Both the position numbers and the translations under genes were made by a program. Below the pieces are notes generated by a model. That model was not told where the DNA came from and searched no databases. It was given only the letters and a program-made list of their open reading frames with translations. Below, piece by piece: positions 28,871-39,500 of a DNA stretch of 64,000 nucleotides (position 1 is its first letter; every line of letters begins with the position of its first letter). The DNA comes from Akkermansia muciniphila (GTDB lineage: Bacteria; Verrucomicrobiota; Verrucomicrobiia; Verrucomicrobiales; V1-33): contig CAMDJM010000019.1 of NCBI GenBank assembly GCA_945900785.1, forward strand, positions 1,041 through 65,040, in the 5' to 3' direction.

Positions 28871-29722
28871 ATGAAACGCCGCCGCCCCCTGCTTCCCGCC
28901 CTGTTCTGCTGCCTTCCTATCCTCACCGGTCCGGCCCTGGCTTTTCCCCCCGCTCCCTCCTACTCGCTGTTTGGACTGGTCCGCGACCAAACCGGCCAGA
29001 CCCTCACCGCCGAAGGAGCCCAGCTCATCCTGCTCAAGGGAACCACGGAGGTGGGCCGCTCCCCGATTTCTTTCTCGCGGATCGATCAGAGTTATGAACT
29101 CGAAATCCGCCTCGATCAAAACCGACCCGGCACCACCCTCTACTCCGAAAAAGCCATCACTTCCCAAGGCCTCTTCAGCATTGCCGTCGAGATGAATGGA
29201 AGCCGGTTCTATCCCATTGAGGCCACCGGCAGCCTGACCGCCGGCAAGGGCAGCGAGCGGGTGCGGTTGGACCTCAACCTCGGGCAGGACACCGACCGCG
29301 ACGGTCTGCCGGACGTCTGGGAGCAATGGCAGCTCTACCAGTCCGGCCGTTTCCCCGACGATAACGGCAACTGGGACCTCAGCCTGATTGACCGGAACGG
29401 CGACTTTGATGGCGATGGGCGGAGCAATTTCCTGGAATACGTCGCCGGCACCTTTGCCGGGGATGCCACCGAGAAGCTCGACCTCCAGATCAAGGAGAAG
29501 CTGGACACCCAAATCCGCTTCGAGTTCTACGCAATCACCGGCAAGACCTACACTATCGAGCGCACCACTGATGCCAAAAGCTGGACCCGGGTGCCCTTTT
29601 CCATCGGAAACGCCCCGGCCGCCGACCTGAGCTATACCGCGACCGATGCCGCCATCCTCTCCGCCTTCACTGCCCCGCAAGCCGGGGCCCCCAAAGAATT
29701 CTTCCGCCTCACCGTCCGATGA
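28871..29722 (+). CDS. Secreted protein with TSP3-like Ca-binding repeats and C-terminal FFR motif
   Basis: Signal peptide ending GPALA; DTDRDGLPDVWE, DFDGDGRSNFLEY.AGT; YTIERTTDAKSW...EFFRLTVR. Confidence 0.75.
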   Translation: MKRRRPLLPALFCCLPILTGPALAFPPAPSYSLFGLVRDQTGQTLTAEGAQLILLKGTTEVGRSPISFSRIDQSYELEIRLDQNRPGTTLYSEKAITSQGLFSIAVEMNGSRFYPIEATGSLTAGKGSERVRLDLNLGQDTDRDGLPDVWEQWQLYQSGRFPDDNGNWDLSLIDRNGDFDGDGRSNFLEYVAGTFAGDATEKLDLQIKEKLDTQIRFEFYAITGKTYTIERTTDAKSWTRVPFSIGNAPAADLSYTATDAAILSAFTAPQAGAPKEFFRLTVR

Positions 29723-31461
29723 AACCTCTCCGCTCCCGCCTTCCCGGCATCTCCCTTCTGTCCCTGATCTGCCTCACCACTGCGGCTCAGGCCCAGTGGC
29801 AATCCACCAACTACACCCTGAAGGGCGGCTGGAATGCCATCTACCTGCACGGCGAAGCCACCTACGCCCCACCCGCCACCCTGTTCAGCGCCAATCCCCA
29901 AGTCCTTGAAGTCTGGCGCTGGAATCCCAATCCGAATCAGGTGCAATTCACCACCTCCCCGCTCCTGCCCACGCCGGGCACGCCGGAATGGACGGTGTGG
30001 AAACGCGATGGCAGCGTGACCGCTCTCACCGGACTGACCGGGCAAAACGCCTATCTGGTCCGGTGCTCCGGCACCACTGCCAACACCTACACCGTCACCC
30101 TGCCGCAAAAACCGCTGCCGCCCGCCTCCAAGTGGGTGCGCAATGGGGCCAATCTCCTCGGGTTCCCGTCCAAACTCAACGCCACCTACCCGACGTTCCA
30201 AAACTATTTCACCTCCTTCCCGGCCGCCATCGCCGCGAATGTCAAAATCTTCAAATACACCGGAGGCGAACTGAGTGCCACCAATCCGCTCCAGATCTTC
30301 TCTCCCAATGCGGAACGGCTCGACCGGAATCAGGCCTACTGGTTCGACTCCGAAGTGGTCGGCAATTTTTATGCTCCCATCGAGATCAGCCTGAGCGTGT
30401 CCGGCGGGCTGGATTTTGGCCGGAATGGTTCCATCATCACCGCCCGCGTGCTGAACCGCACCGCCGCCGTGATGGGCCTGACGATTGCTCCGGTGGCTTC
30501 CAATGCCGCGCCTTCCGGTCAGGAAGCCATCACCGGCAGCGTCCCGGTGACCCGCCGGACCTTCAGTTCCACTACCGCCGCCTGGGAGGAAACCCCCATC
30601 GCCACCGCCTACACCGAAGTCATCGCCCCGCAGAGCAGTGTGGAACTCAGCTTCGGCATCAACCGGGCCGCACCCGTCATGACGGCAGGGGCTCCGGGAG
30701 CGTTATTTGCGTCCCTGCTGCGCCTCACAGACGCAGGCAATCAATTTGACATCCTCCTGCCAGTGCAGGCCCGGAAGACTTCGCTCGCCGGGCTGTGGAT
30801 CGGCGAGGCCACGGTAAATGCCGTGGAGAGCAAAGCCGATGCCAATGCCGTCACTCCCACCGGACGCGGCTATCCGCTCCGTTACGTGATCCACGTGGCG
30901 GACGATGGCACCGCCCGCGTCCTTTCCCAGGTCTTCATGGGGCCCATGGCTGCCGCCCCCAACGACTTCGGCCTTTGCACCAAGGAGATTGGACTAAAGT
31001 CCGACCGGAAGACCGATGCCAGCCGCATCGTCTCCGTCCACCTCCCGCTGAACCGCGTGCTCGATGGTGTCGCGGATCCTCTGGATCCGCTGGAAGCCGC
31101 AGGCAGCGGCAGCGTCGCCATGGGAGTTGACCTCATCCGCACCGTCAGGATCCCGTTTAATGACCCGACCAATCCCTTTGTCCATCAATACCACCCGGAC
31201 CACGATAACAAGTCCGCCGCAGGCGTGGCCCTCGTGGCCGGGCAGGAAAGTTATAACATCGAACGCCGGATCACCTTCAGCTTCACCGCCGCCCCGCCGC
31301 TAGGCAGCACGGTCACCACCGGCTGGGGCAGCAGCGTGATCGGCGGCACCTACGCGGAAACCGTCCAAGGACTGCACAAAGACACCACCGGCCTCGACCT
31401 CATCGGAACCTTCGAACTCCGCCGCGCCTCCGAACTCGGCTCCATCACCATCAATCCTTAG
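29719..31461 (+). CDS. Secreted beta-rich hypothetical protein (580 aa)
   Basis: Signal peptide ending AAQA-Q; ATGA overlap with the previous gene; LKGGWNAIYL and NPFVHQYHPDHDN motifs; strong codon bias. Confidence 0.75.
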   Translation: MKPLRSRLPGISLLSLICLTTAAQAQWQSTNYTLKGGWNAIYLHGEATYAPPATLFSANPQVLEVWRWNPNPNQVQFTTSPLLPTPGTPEWTVWKRDGSVTALTGLTGQNAYLVRCSGTTANTYTVTLPQKPLPPASKWVRNGANLLGFPSKLNATYPTFQNYFTSFPAAIAANVKIFKYTGGELSATNPLQIFSPNAERLDRNQAYWFDSEVVGNFYAPIEISLSVSGGLDFGRNGSIITARVLNRTAAVMGLTIAPVASNAAPSGQEAITGSVPVTRRTFSSTTAAWEETPIATAYTEVIAPQSSVELSFGINRAAPVMTAGAPGALFASLLRLTDAGNQFDILLPVQARKTSLAGLWIGEATVNAVESKADANAVTPTGRGYPLRYVIHVADDGTARVLSQVFMGPMAAAPNDFGLCTKEIGLKSDRKTDASRIVSVHLPLNRVLDGVADPLDPLEAAGSGSVAMGVDLIRTVRIPFNDPTNPFVHQYHPDHDNKSAAGVALVAGQESYNIERRITFSFTAAPPLGSTVTTGWGSSVIGGTYAETVQGLHKDTTGLDLIGTFELRRASELGSITINP

Positions 31462-31525
31462 CAAAACAGATCCGACCGATCAGTCGGATCAGTCAGATCC
31501 CAAACCCAACCCACTTTTCAAAATC

Positions 31526-33544
31526 ATGAAAACCACCCGTCTTCCCCTTCTGCTGGCCGGCTTCCTCTCCCTCTCCAGCCTGCTGCACGCCCAGACCATC
31601 ACCTCCGGCGTGCCCGGGTTCATCAGCTATCAGGGCCGGGTCCTCGACTCCGCCGGAGCGCCCGTCGGCACCGGCACCCCGGTGAACCGCACCGTTACCT
31701 TCCGCGTCTGGGATCATCCGTCGAACGTGCTCGCCGCCAACCTCATCTACTCCGAGCAGCAGACGGTCACCATTGCCGATGGCAAGTTCAGCGTGCTGGT
31801 CGGCCAGGGTGTGGCCACCACCGGGGGCTTACCCTTCAGCGAAACCCCCTATGGCCCCGGGGCCAGTCCCGTCGTCAGCATTGCCAATGCCTTCAATGGC
31901 AGCGGACGCTACCTCGGTGTGACAGTGGATGATGGCACGGTGGCGGTGGACAATGAAATCGCACCCCGCCAGCAGATCGTCAGCTCCGCCTTCGCCTTTC
32001 GCTCGAAGTTTGCCGAGACGCTCGGCACCAACAATACCACGGCCCTGACGGTGCTCGATTCAGGCAATATCGGCGTCGGCAACACTTCCCCTACCGGCCG
32101 CTTCACCGTCACCGCGCCCGTCACCAGCACCACCACCATCAATCCGCAATTCCTCCTCACCGATAGCGCGGATCCAAACGAAAGCCTGCGCATCGGGGTG
32201 GACAGCACCGGCAGTGCAGGCAATGGCAGCGGCTTCCTCCAGTCCTGGAAAGAAAACTTCGGCGCGACCAACCTCCTGCTCAATCCCAACGGCGGCAATG
32301 TCGGCATCGGCACCAACGCTCCCCAGGGCCGATTGCACGTGGTGGACACCGGCCTAAGCGTTTACACAAGCAACGGCACCTCCGGAGGGTTCGCGAAAGA
32401 TGGACTCACCGTCGATTCCAACCCTGGCGCCGGCTTCTCGTCGATGGTCATCAACTCAAATCACAGTAGTGTTGCTGACCGGGGTATTCTTAACGTCAAG
32501 CGCACGGGTGTCAGCCAATTCTACGTCCGGACCGACGGCAACGTCGGCATCGGCACTGCGGCTCCAGGTTATAAACTGCAGGTGCAGGGCTCACTTTGGT
32601 CGCAAAGCTTGGACACTGGAACTGCAAACATGGGGCCTTCCCGGATCTTAGGAACCGGGCGGAATACCGGGCAGGGCGGGCTCTATCTTGAGTGGGGCAA
32701 CCAGTCACCGGGAAGCTACGGTCAATCATACATCCTCAATAATCAGGAGGCTGGTAACCCGGGGATATTTCTGGGTGAGGTCAACAACGCGCACTCGATC
32801 AATTGGAGTCTTTTCACCCAGCCCAGCAGAACGGACATCAATGGTCACATCTATGCCTGGAGCTTCCAGGCGACCTCCGACGAACGCACCAAGTCCGTGG
32901 TGGGACGGTCCAGCTCCGAAGCCGATCTCGATATCGTGCGGAAGTTGCGCGTGACCGACTACCATTTCATCGACCAAAAACGCGGGACCGGGTTGCAGAA
33001 AGGATTTATCGCCCAGGAGGTGAAAACAGTGGTGCCTGAGGCAGTCAGGAGCACTGGGAAGAATTTTATTCCCAGTGTTTACGCCGAGGCCAAAAAGCTG
33101 ACCTTTGATGAGGACTCCCAGACCCTGAGTATCACGATGGCGAAGGCCCATGATTTGAAAGTGGGGGACTTCGTTGAGATGACGGAGGATGGAACACGCC
33201 ATGAATGGAAAGTATCCGGGGTGAAGGATGACAAGACCTTTGCCGTCGGGCCGGTGAAGGAGGTTCCCGCGAAGCTGTTCGTCTATGGAAAGCAGGTGCC
33301 GGATCTCCTGGCTGTGGACTACGACAGACTGTTCGTCTCGGGCATAGGGGCGATCCAGGAACTCGTGAAGCAGGTGGATGCCGTAAAGTTGGAAAACACC
33401 GATCTCAAAAGCAAGCTCGCTGCCAGCGAAAAACGCCTCGCGGAAATGTCCGCCACGGACCAGGCCTTCGAAGCCAAATTGACCGCCCTCGAAAAGCGGA
33501 TCTCCACCGGTAAAGCGGATCTGAAAACGGTCTCCACCCAGTAG
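31526..33544 (+). CDS. Secreted tail-fibre-like protein with peptidase S74 intramolecular chaperone
   Basis: Signal peptide; VPGFISYQGR; GNVGIGT repeats; TSDERTK, GFIAQEV, VDY, IGAIQEL, then a C-terminal coiled coil. Confidence 0.85.
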   Translation: MKTTRLPLLLAGFLSLSSLLHAQTITSGVPGFISYQGRVLDSAGAPVGTGTPVNRTVTFRVWDHPSNVLAANLIYSEQQTVTIADGKFSVLVGQGVATTGGLPFSETPYGPGASPVVSIANAFNGSGRYLGVTVDDGTVAVDNEIAPRQQIVSSAFAFRSKFAETLGTNNTTALTVLDSGNIGVGNTSPTGRFTVTAPVTSTTTINPQFLLTDSADPNESLRIGVDSTGSAGNGSGFLQSWKENFGATNLLLNPNGGNVGIGTNAPQGRLHVVDTGLSVYTSNGTSGGFAKDGLTVDSNPGAGFSSMVINSNHSSVADRGILNVKRTGVSQFYVRTDGNVGIGTAAPGYKLQVQGSLWSQSLDTGTANMGPSRILGTGRNTGQGGLYLEWGNQSPGSYGQSYILNNQEAGNPGIFLGEVNNAHSINWSLFTQPSRTDINGHIYAWSFQATSDERTKSVVGRSSSEADLDIVRKLRVTDYHFIDQKRGTGLQKGFIAQEVKTVVPEAVRSTGKNFIPSVYAEAKKLTFDEDSQTLSITMAKAHDLKVGDFVEMTEDGTRHEWKVSGVKDDKTFAVGPVKEVPAKLFVYGKQVPDLLAVDYDRLFVSGIGAIQELVKQVDAVKLENTDLKSKLAASEKRLAEMSATDQAFEAKLTALEKRISTGKADLKTVSTQ

Positions 33545-33590
33545 GTCTCCCCCCCCGCTTCTTTTAGCTGCCCCCCCTGACATCTTCTCA

Positions 33591-36500
33591 ATGCTTATGA
33601 ACCTTTACCGTTTCCTGTTCTTTGCGCTCTGGGCCTTGCCCTTTGCGCTCCCGGCACATGCGCAGTTTGAGATCGAAGGAGGGGTCGAAAACCTGCTGGA
33701 CTCCCGCCGTGCGGCGGCCTCGGCTGTTGTTTCCGGGGGCTCGCTGAGCGCGATCACCGTGACGAATCCCGGTGCCACCTATGCATCGGTGCCGGAGATC
33801 ATCATCGCGGCTCCCCTCAGCGCCGGCACCACCGCCCGGGCGACGGCGCTCGTCAGTGGCGGCCAGATCACGATCATCACGATCACCCCCGGCTTCGCCG
33901 GCACCGGCTACAGCGACACCCGCCCGCCCGCCATATTCATCGCTCCACCGCGGACTCCCTCGGGAACCCCCGCCTCCACGCCGCAATTTGCCGGGGTGGC
34001 CGCCACCTCCGCCACTGCGGGAGCCATCGACTCCCGGTCAGTGCCTCCCAGCGTCATCACTGCCGCAAACGTCAATGTGGCAGGCACCTTCGGCAGCACC
34101 GCAGCCGGGCGTTATCCGAGGGCCACAGATAACACTTTTTCCGCCACCCCCATCGTCACCGCAGTCCTCGTGGACGCGGGCTTCGGCTACAGCTTTGCCT
34201 CTGGGGTGCCGCTCTATTTCATGGGAGATGAAATCCAGCGCCCCGCCATCAGTTGGGATGGTTCCATCGCCGCACAGTCCTACTGGCGGGCTGAACCGGT
34301 GCAGGCGGGGGAGACCTTCGCCAATGCCTACCTCACCAACCTCAACGGTGCCCCGCTGCCGCAACAAGGCACCGTGACCGTGACATCCAGCGCCACGGGC
34401 AGCAGCACCGTGACCGTGAGCAGCGTGCCGCCCGGTCTCACCGTCGGAGCCACCTTGCTCGGCCAACGAATCAATCTCATCAGCGGCACCGCCATCACGC
34501 TGGCTGGGAATGCCAACCAAACCATCAGCGCCGCTACGGCGGTGAACTTCAGCGCCTACCAGCCGTATTATTTCAGCCCGCACGCCAACAAAGTTTTTGC
34601 CAGCCAGCCCGGACGCGTGACCATCACCTGGGTGTCCGCCTCGCCCGATACCAGCGCACCGACTGAAACCGGGAACGGCACCTATAAATTCCGGCGCGAA
34701 ACCTTTGCCGTCTCTTCCGCCTCACGAATTCCCGCGAGAACCATCTTTTGGACGGAAAAGAGCTTCAAGGGGCCGCTGGTTCAGATCCCGCAGGGCCGTA
34801 TCGAAAGAGCAAATCCGGTTTACAACGCCACGATCCCGGGCATGACCACGGAGTATGTCCCAGTAGGGAGCAATCCAAGTGCCTTTGGCCAGCAGGAGCA
34901 GCGCACCATCTGGTTTGACAATGAATTCGGACTCGCGGCCCTGCACGCCTACAATGCGGAGGGCCGCATTTTCATCGAGTATCTGGGTGCCGCCAGCCAA
35001 ACCAATAGTGCAGTGCATCAATTCCTCGGGGCGGATATTCTTGATATCAAACGGGTGCCCGAGGTCCTGACCATCGAGACCAAACTGGGGGAATCCTTAC
35101 GGCCCCGGCAGGAAGCCGCGCAAAACGGTGATGACGAGATGATTGCCAATGTGGTGAATCTGAATCTGGGCGGCCGGCCGTTGATTGATTCCAATCCCCG
35201 CCCCGACGGCACCTCCGACTACGTGGCCGTCCGCGAAAACCTGGACCCGGATAAAGTTGCCATCTACTGGCTGGAGCCAAGGGATGCCGGAATTCATTTC
35301 CTGGCCCCGCCGTCCGCCCCCGGACTGTCCATCAATTGGCCGAAGTTCAAGCGCAACTACACCCAGATCTGGCCCGCTGCCTTGTCCGATTATGAACCCA
35401 TCACCGTTGAAGCAACTGGTAACCGGATCGCCAACGGACCAAAGTTCGCCGCCGACTCCCTGCCCGAACTCAAATTCCAGGATGATCCGGCCGAGGCTGA
35501 AACCAAGGTCGATGCCCAAAGCCAACGGCTATTGGTGGATCTGAGACAAAGCACGGACCAGACGAACCGCACGCTCCTGAAATTCAGTCCCACCGATGGA
35601 TCGCTCGCCGCATGGTATGTCAGGCTCTACATCCAGTCCCAAGACAAAGTGGGCTCCGCAGCCGTGGATGAAGATCCCGATACCGATGGACCCGGGCCGG
35701 ATACCGCGTCGCCGGCAAGGCCCGCAGTTTACACCCTGAATGACCTGAACGCGGACGGCATCGCGGACTGGTCGCCAACCTCCCCGGCCACGGGGTCCGG
35801 CGGCAGCACCACCGCAACCGTAGGCCAACGGATCGAAACGCCCAGCCCGGCCTATGAACCCGGTGGCTACATCGCCGCCGGACGCTGCTACTCGGCAGCC
35901 GCCTATGTCGATCCATTTACGGCGGGCGTTCCCGCCGCAGCGAAGGGCGGCATCATCCCGGTCAATGCGCTGGCCACGGACCGGAACCTGACAGTTTGGT
36001 GGTTGAAAACCGTCACCGCTCCCAGCAGCAAATTTTCCTCCTTCCATGTCCCGGCCATCGCGGCACGATATACCGTCAGCTTCCCATCGGAGTCCTATAC
36101 CGCCACCACGACGACGCCTCACGGTCTGACCGTCGGCGCGACGCTCACGGTGCCCCAGTTTGTCTTCACCCCCGCCAATGTGCCACCAGGCCACTACACC
36201 GTGTCGTCCGTGACCGACGCCACTACGGTGGTGATTCGTCCGCAGGAACTGGTGATCGCATCCGGCAAGGGCATTGAGAATCCCGGCCTCACCTCCGAGC
36301 AGGCGGCAGGCAGCATCTATGTGCAAAACGATCCGGCCCAGATCGGTTACAATCCGAATGAAGAGCACGCCCTGATGCTCCAAAGCAACACCTTCGCCCT
36401 GCGCGATGACTTGAATACCGACGCCAGTTCCAAGCCCTTCGTGCTCATCCAATACACGGAGCCCGGCACCTCCCGACCCGCGATGCGCGTGGTGAAGGTG

Positions 36501-39500
36501 CAGCGTGCAAGCGCCACCTATCCGCTGACCTACGACAAGATCGCCGGCACCCCGGCACAACCGCCGATGCCACTGACCGCGCTGCCGTTGCCACTGAAAG
36601 AAGACGGAACCGTGCGCAACACCGAGGTCGCCGCCGCTCCTGATACCGCGGCGGGCGCGGGCGCTCCCGCGGCTTACAACAAGTTCACCTTTGAAGACCG
36701 CAATGGCCAACACTGGATCTACCGTGGCCCGCACAATGGCGGCACGCCCAGCTTCGGCATGAAATTCTATTATTATCTGCGCGAGGGATTTAACTTTCCG
36801 GCCCTGTCCGCCGCCAATCAACCGGTCACCGGCAGCATCCAGCCCTACATCGCCGCAGACAGCGGGCAGCCGCAAAACGGCGGGGATGCCATCATCCTCA
36901 CCTACTTCCCGAAATGGCCGGATGATCCCACGCTGCCCAAGCCCGAGCCGGTCGGCGTGCTGCAGACCGCCGAAACCCTTACCCTCGCGAAAGACGGGCT
37001 GCCGCAAGTGCGTGGCCAGAGCAGCGCCCAGATTCTTTACCAGCAATCCATCGCCAACACGGGCATCACCAAGCCCGCCGTGGCGCTGCACGATCCTACC
37101 CGGGCAAAATTGATCCGCCTGGACGCTGCCGCCGTGCAACTCAACGCCTTGCCCGCTTCCATCCAGACCACTTCCTACGCGGGCAAGCTTTTTTTCCAAA
37201 ATCTCCCCCCCAATCTTCAAAACCGTTTTTATTTCGATGCCAATGCCGGGCCCAAAGGATCGCTGGTCCTAACCGGGGAATTCATCAATGTGCCGGTGGG
37301 TGAGGACTATTTGAATCTCAACCAACTCAGTTCCAATGATGTCCCCGCTCTTAGCGAAGTCTCCGCTCTGAAAGCGCTCTGCCCCGCGACGGATGGGGCC
37401 AATAAGAATAAATGGAACGCCGCCATCGACGGCCTCTCCACCAAGCTCGAAACCTTCCGCGAGAGCGCCACCGTGCCCGGCACCTGGGTGCCCAATCCCG
37501 CCCTCGACCGAACCATCGGCATCAGCCAACGGGCCGACATCACGGATCCCGACACCGCCGTGGACAGCTACGCTCTCAGCTCCACCGGTTCCGGCACCGG
37601 CTATGTGACGCTTGTTTTCAACAACGGCAATAACCCTGCTCAGACCGATCCCGGCAACCCCGTGGACGTGCAGATCATCAAGGTCAGCCCGGATCTCTAT
37701 CCCGGCGATATCAAGGTATTGCTGGCCAGCAACCCCCTGGACGAGAAAGTCGTGCTGCGCCACAGCGGCGACTATGGCGGCCACCCGGAGAACTTCGAGT
37801 TTGAGTGGCGCTACGGCTTCCCGGTCAACAGCAGCAATCCCCCGATCAGCGGATTCACCGCCTCCGCCACCGCCTCCCTGGGGCTTAGCGCGGCCAGTTT
37901 CACCATTGCCGGCGGCACGACGGAATATTCCACCGCTCCTGACGTTACCATCAGCGGCGGTGGAGGCAGCGGAGCTACGGCCAATGCCGTGCTCACTGCC
38001 AACACGGTGAGTGGAATCACCATCCTCAATCCCGGCACCGGCTATACCGGCGCACCCACCATCACCTTCAGCGGGGGCACCATCAGCACCCCCGGAATCG
38101 ATCCCTCCGGCACCGGCAACGCGGCCAAATTCGTGGTCTCCGGCATCAACGTGACGAATGGGGGCTCGCTTTATGCCGCCGTTCCGGATGTTATTCTATC
38201 CAGCGGTGGGGGATCCGGTGCGACCGCTGTCGCCGTCCTCACTTCAGGATCTGTCGCCTCGGTCACCCTGACCGATGGAGGTGCGGACTACACCGGTCCG
38301 CCCACCGTCACTTTCCCTGCGCCACCGCCGCGGATTGATTTGGCGGCAACCCTTGGTGATTGGCAGAGACCCGATGGCACGCTCGTCAACACGGTTCTGG
38401 TCGGTGGCTCACCCGCCGTCATCAGCGTCCCTGCCGTGTTGATGGGAGACACCTGGTTCACCATGGCCTACCGGCTCAAGGGGCAGGCCGAAGGCGTGGG
38501 CTGGTCCGACTGGACCCCGCCGGTGCAGGTCGAAGGCTGGATCAAGCGGGTGCTGGCGAGGATTACCCCATTCAATCAGCGCATGGACAATCTATATAAC
38601 ACCTCCGTGAACACGGATGTCAGCCTGCTGACCCAGGCCGGCCAGCGCTGGGAAGGAAACATCGCGCTCAATCTGGAAAACATCAACGACGCCGGCCTGA
38701 TTGAAATCTACGAGACCGTGCTCAACCGCGGGAAGTCCTTCACGATCGGCTCGGGTATTGATCTGGATTCCGCCAACCAGGCGCTGATCCTGGCCGCCGG
38801 CTACCTGAACGACCTCTACACCATCCTCGGCAACGAAGCCTACGCCGACGCGGCGAATCCTACCATTTCCATCGACGACCAAACCACCGTCACCGAAGTC
38901 AATACCAGCCGCTTCTCCTTCGAGGGCCAGGTCGCCAGTTCACTTGATGAGGAACTCGCGCTGCTGCGCGGACGGGATGACTTTGGGAATCCGGATGTCA
39001 AACTGGCCCCGGCCTACAACCGCCTGTTCTGGAACTACACCCGCGGCATCAACAGCGGCGAGGTGCTCTACGCGGTGAATTACAACATCAAGGAAAAGTC
39101 CGGCGGCGCCAGCGCCGATGGCAAGGTGGATGCCGCCGATGCGCTGCGCATGTTCCCGCAGGGCCATGGCGATGCCTATGGCCACTATCTCACGGCCCTC
39201 ACCGGATATTACAAACTGCTGACCCATCCCGACTTCACCTGGATCCCCAGCGCCGAATCCGTTACCGTGCTGGGCCAGTCGGTCCTAGTGGACTACAAGG
39301 ACGAGCGGAAATTTGCCGCCGCCGCCGGCAATGTGGCCCGCACCGCGCAGCAAATCTTCGCCCTCGTGCAGCGGCAAAGTTATCAGGACGATCCCGCTGC
39401 GGGCTGGAGTCATTTCCAGGACGGCAAAGTCAACCCCCGGACCGCCGTCTCGCGCTACCAGGGGCTCGACGAGACCGCCAGCCGTTCCGCCCAGGGAAGC

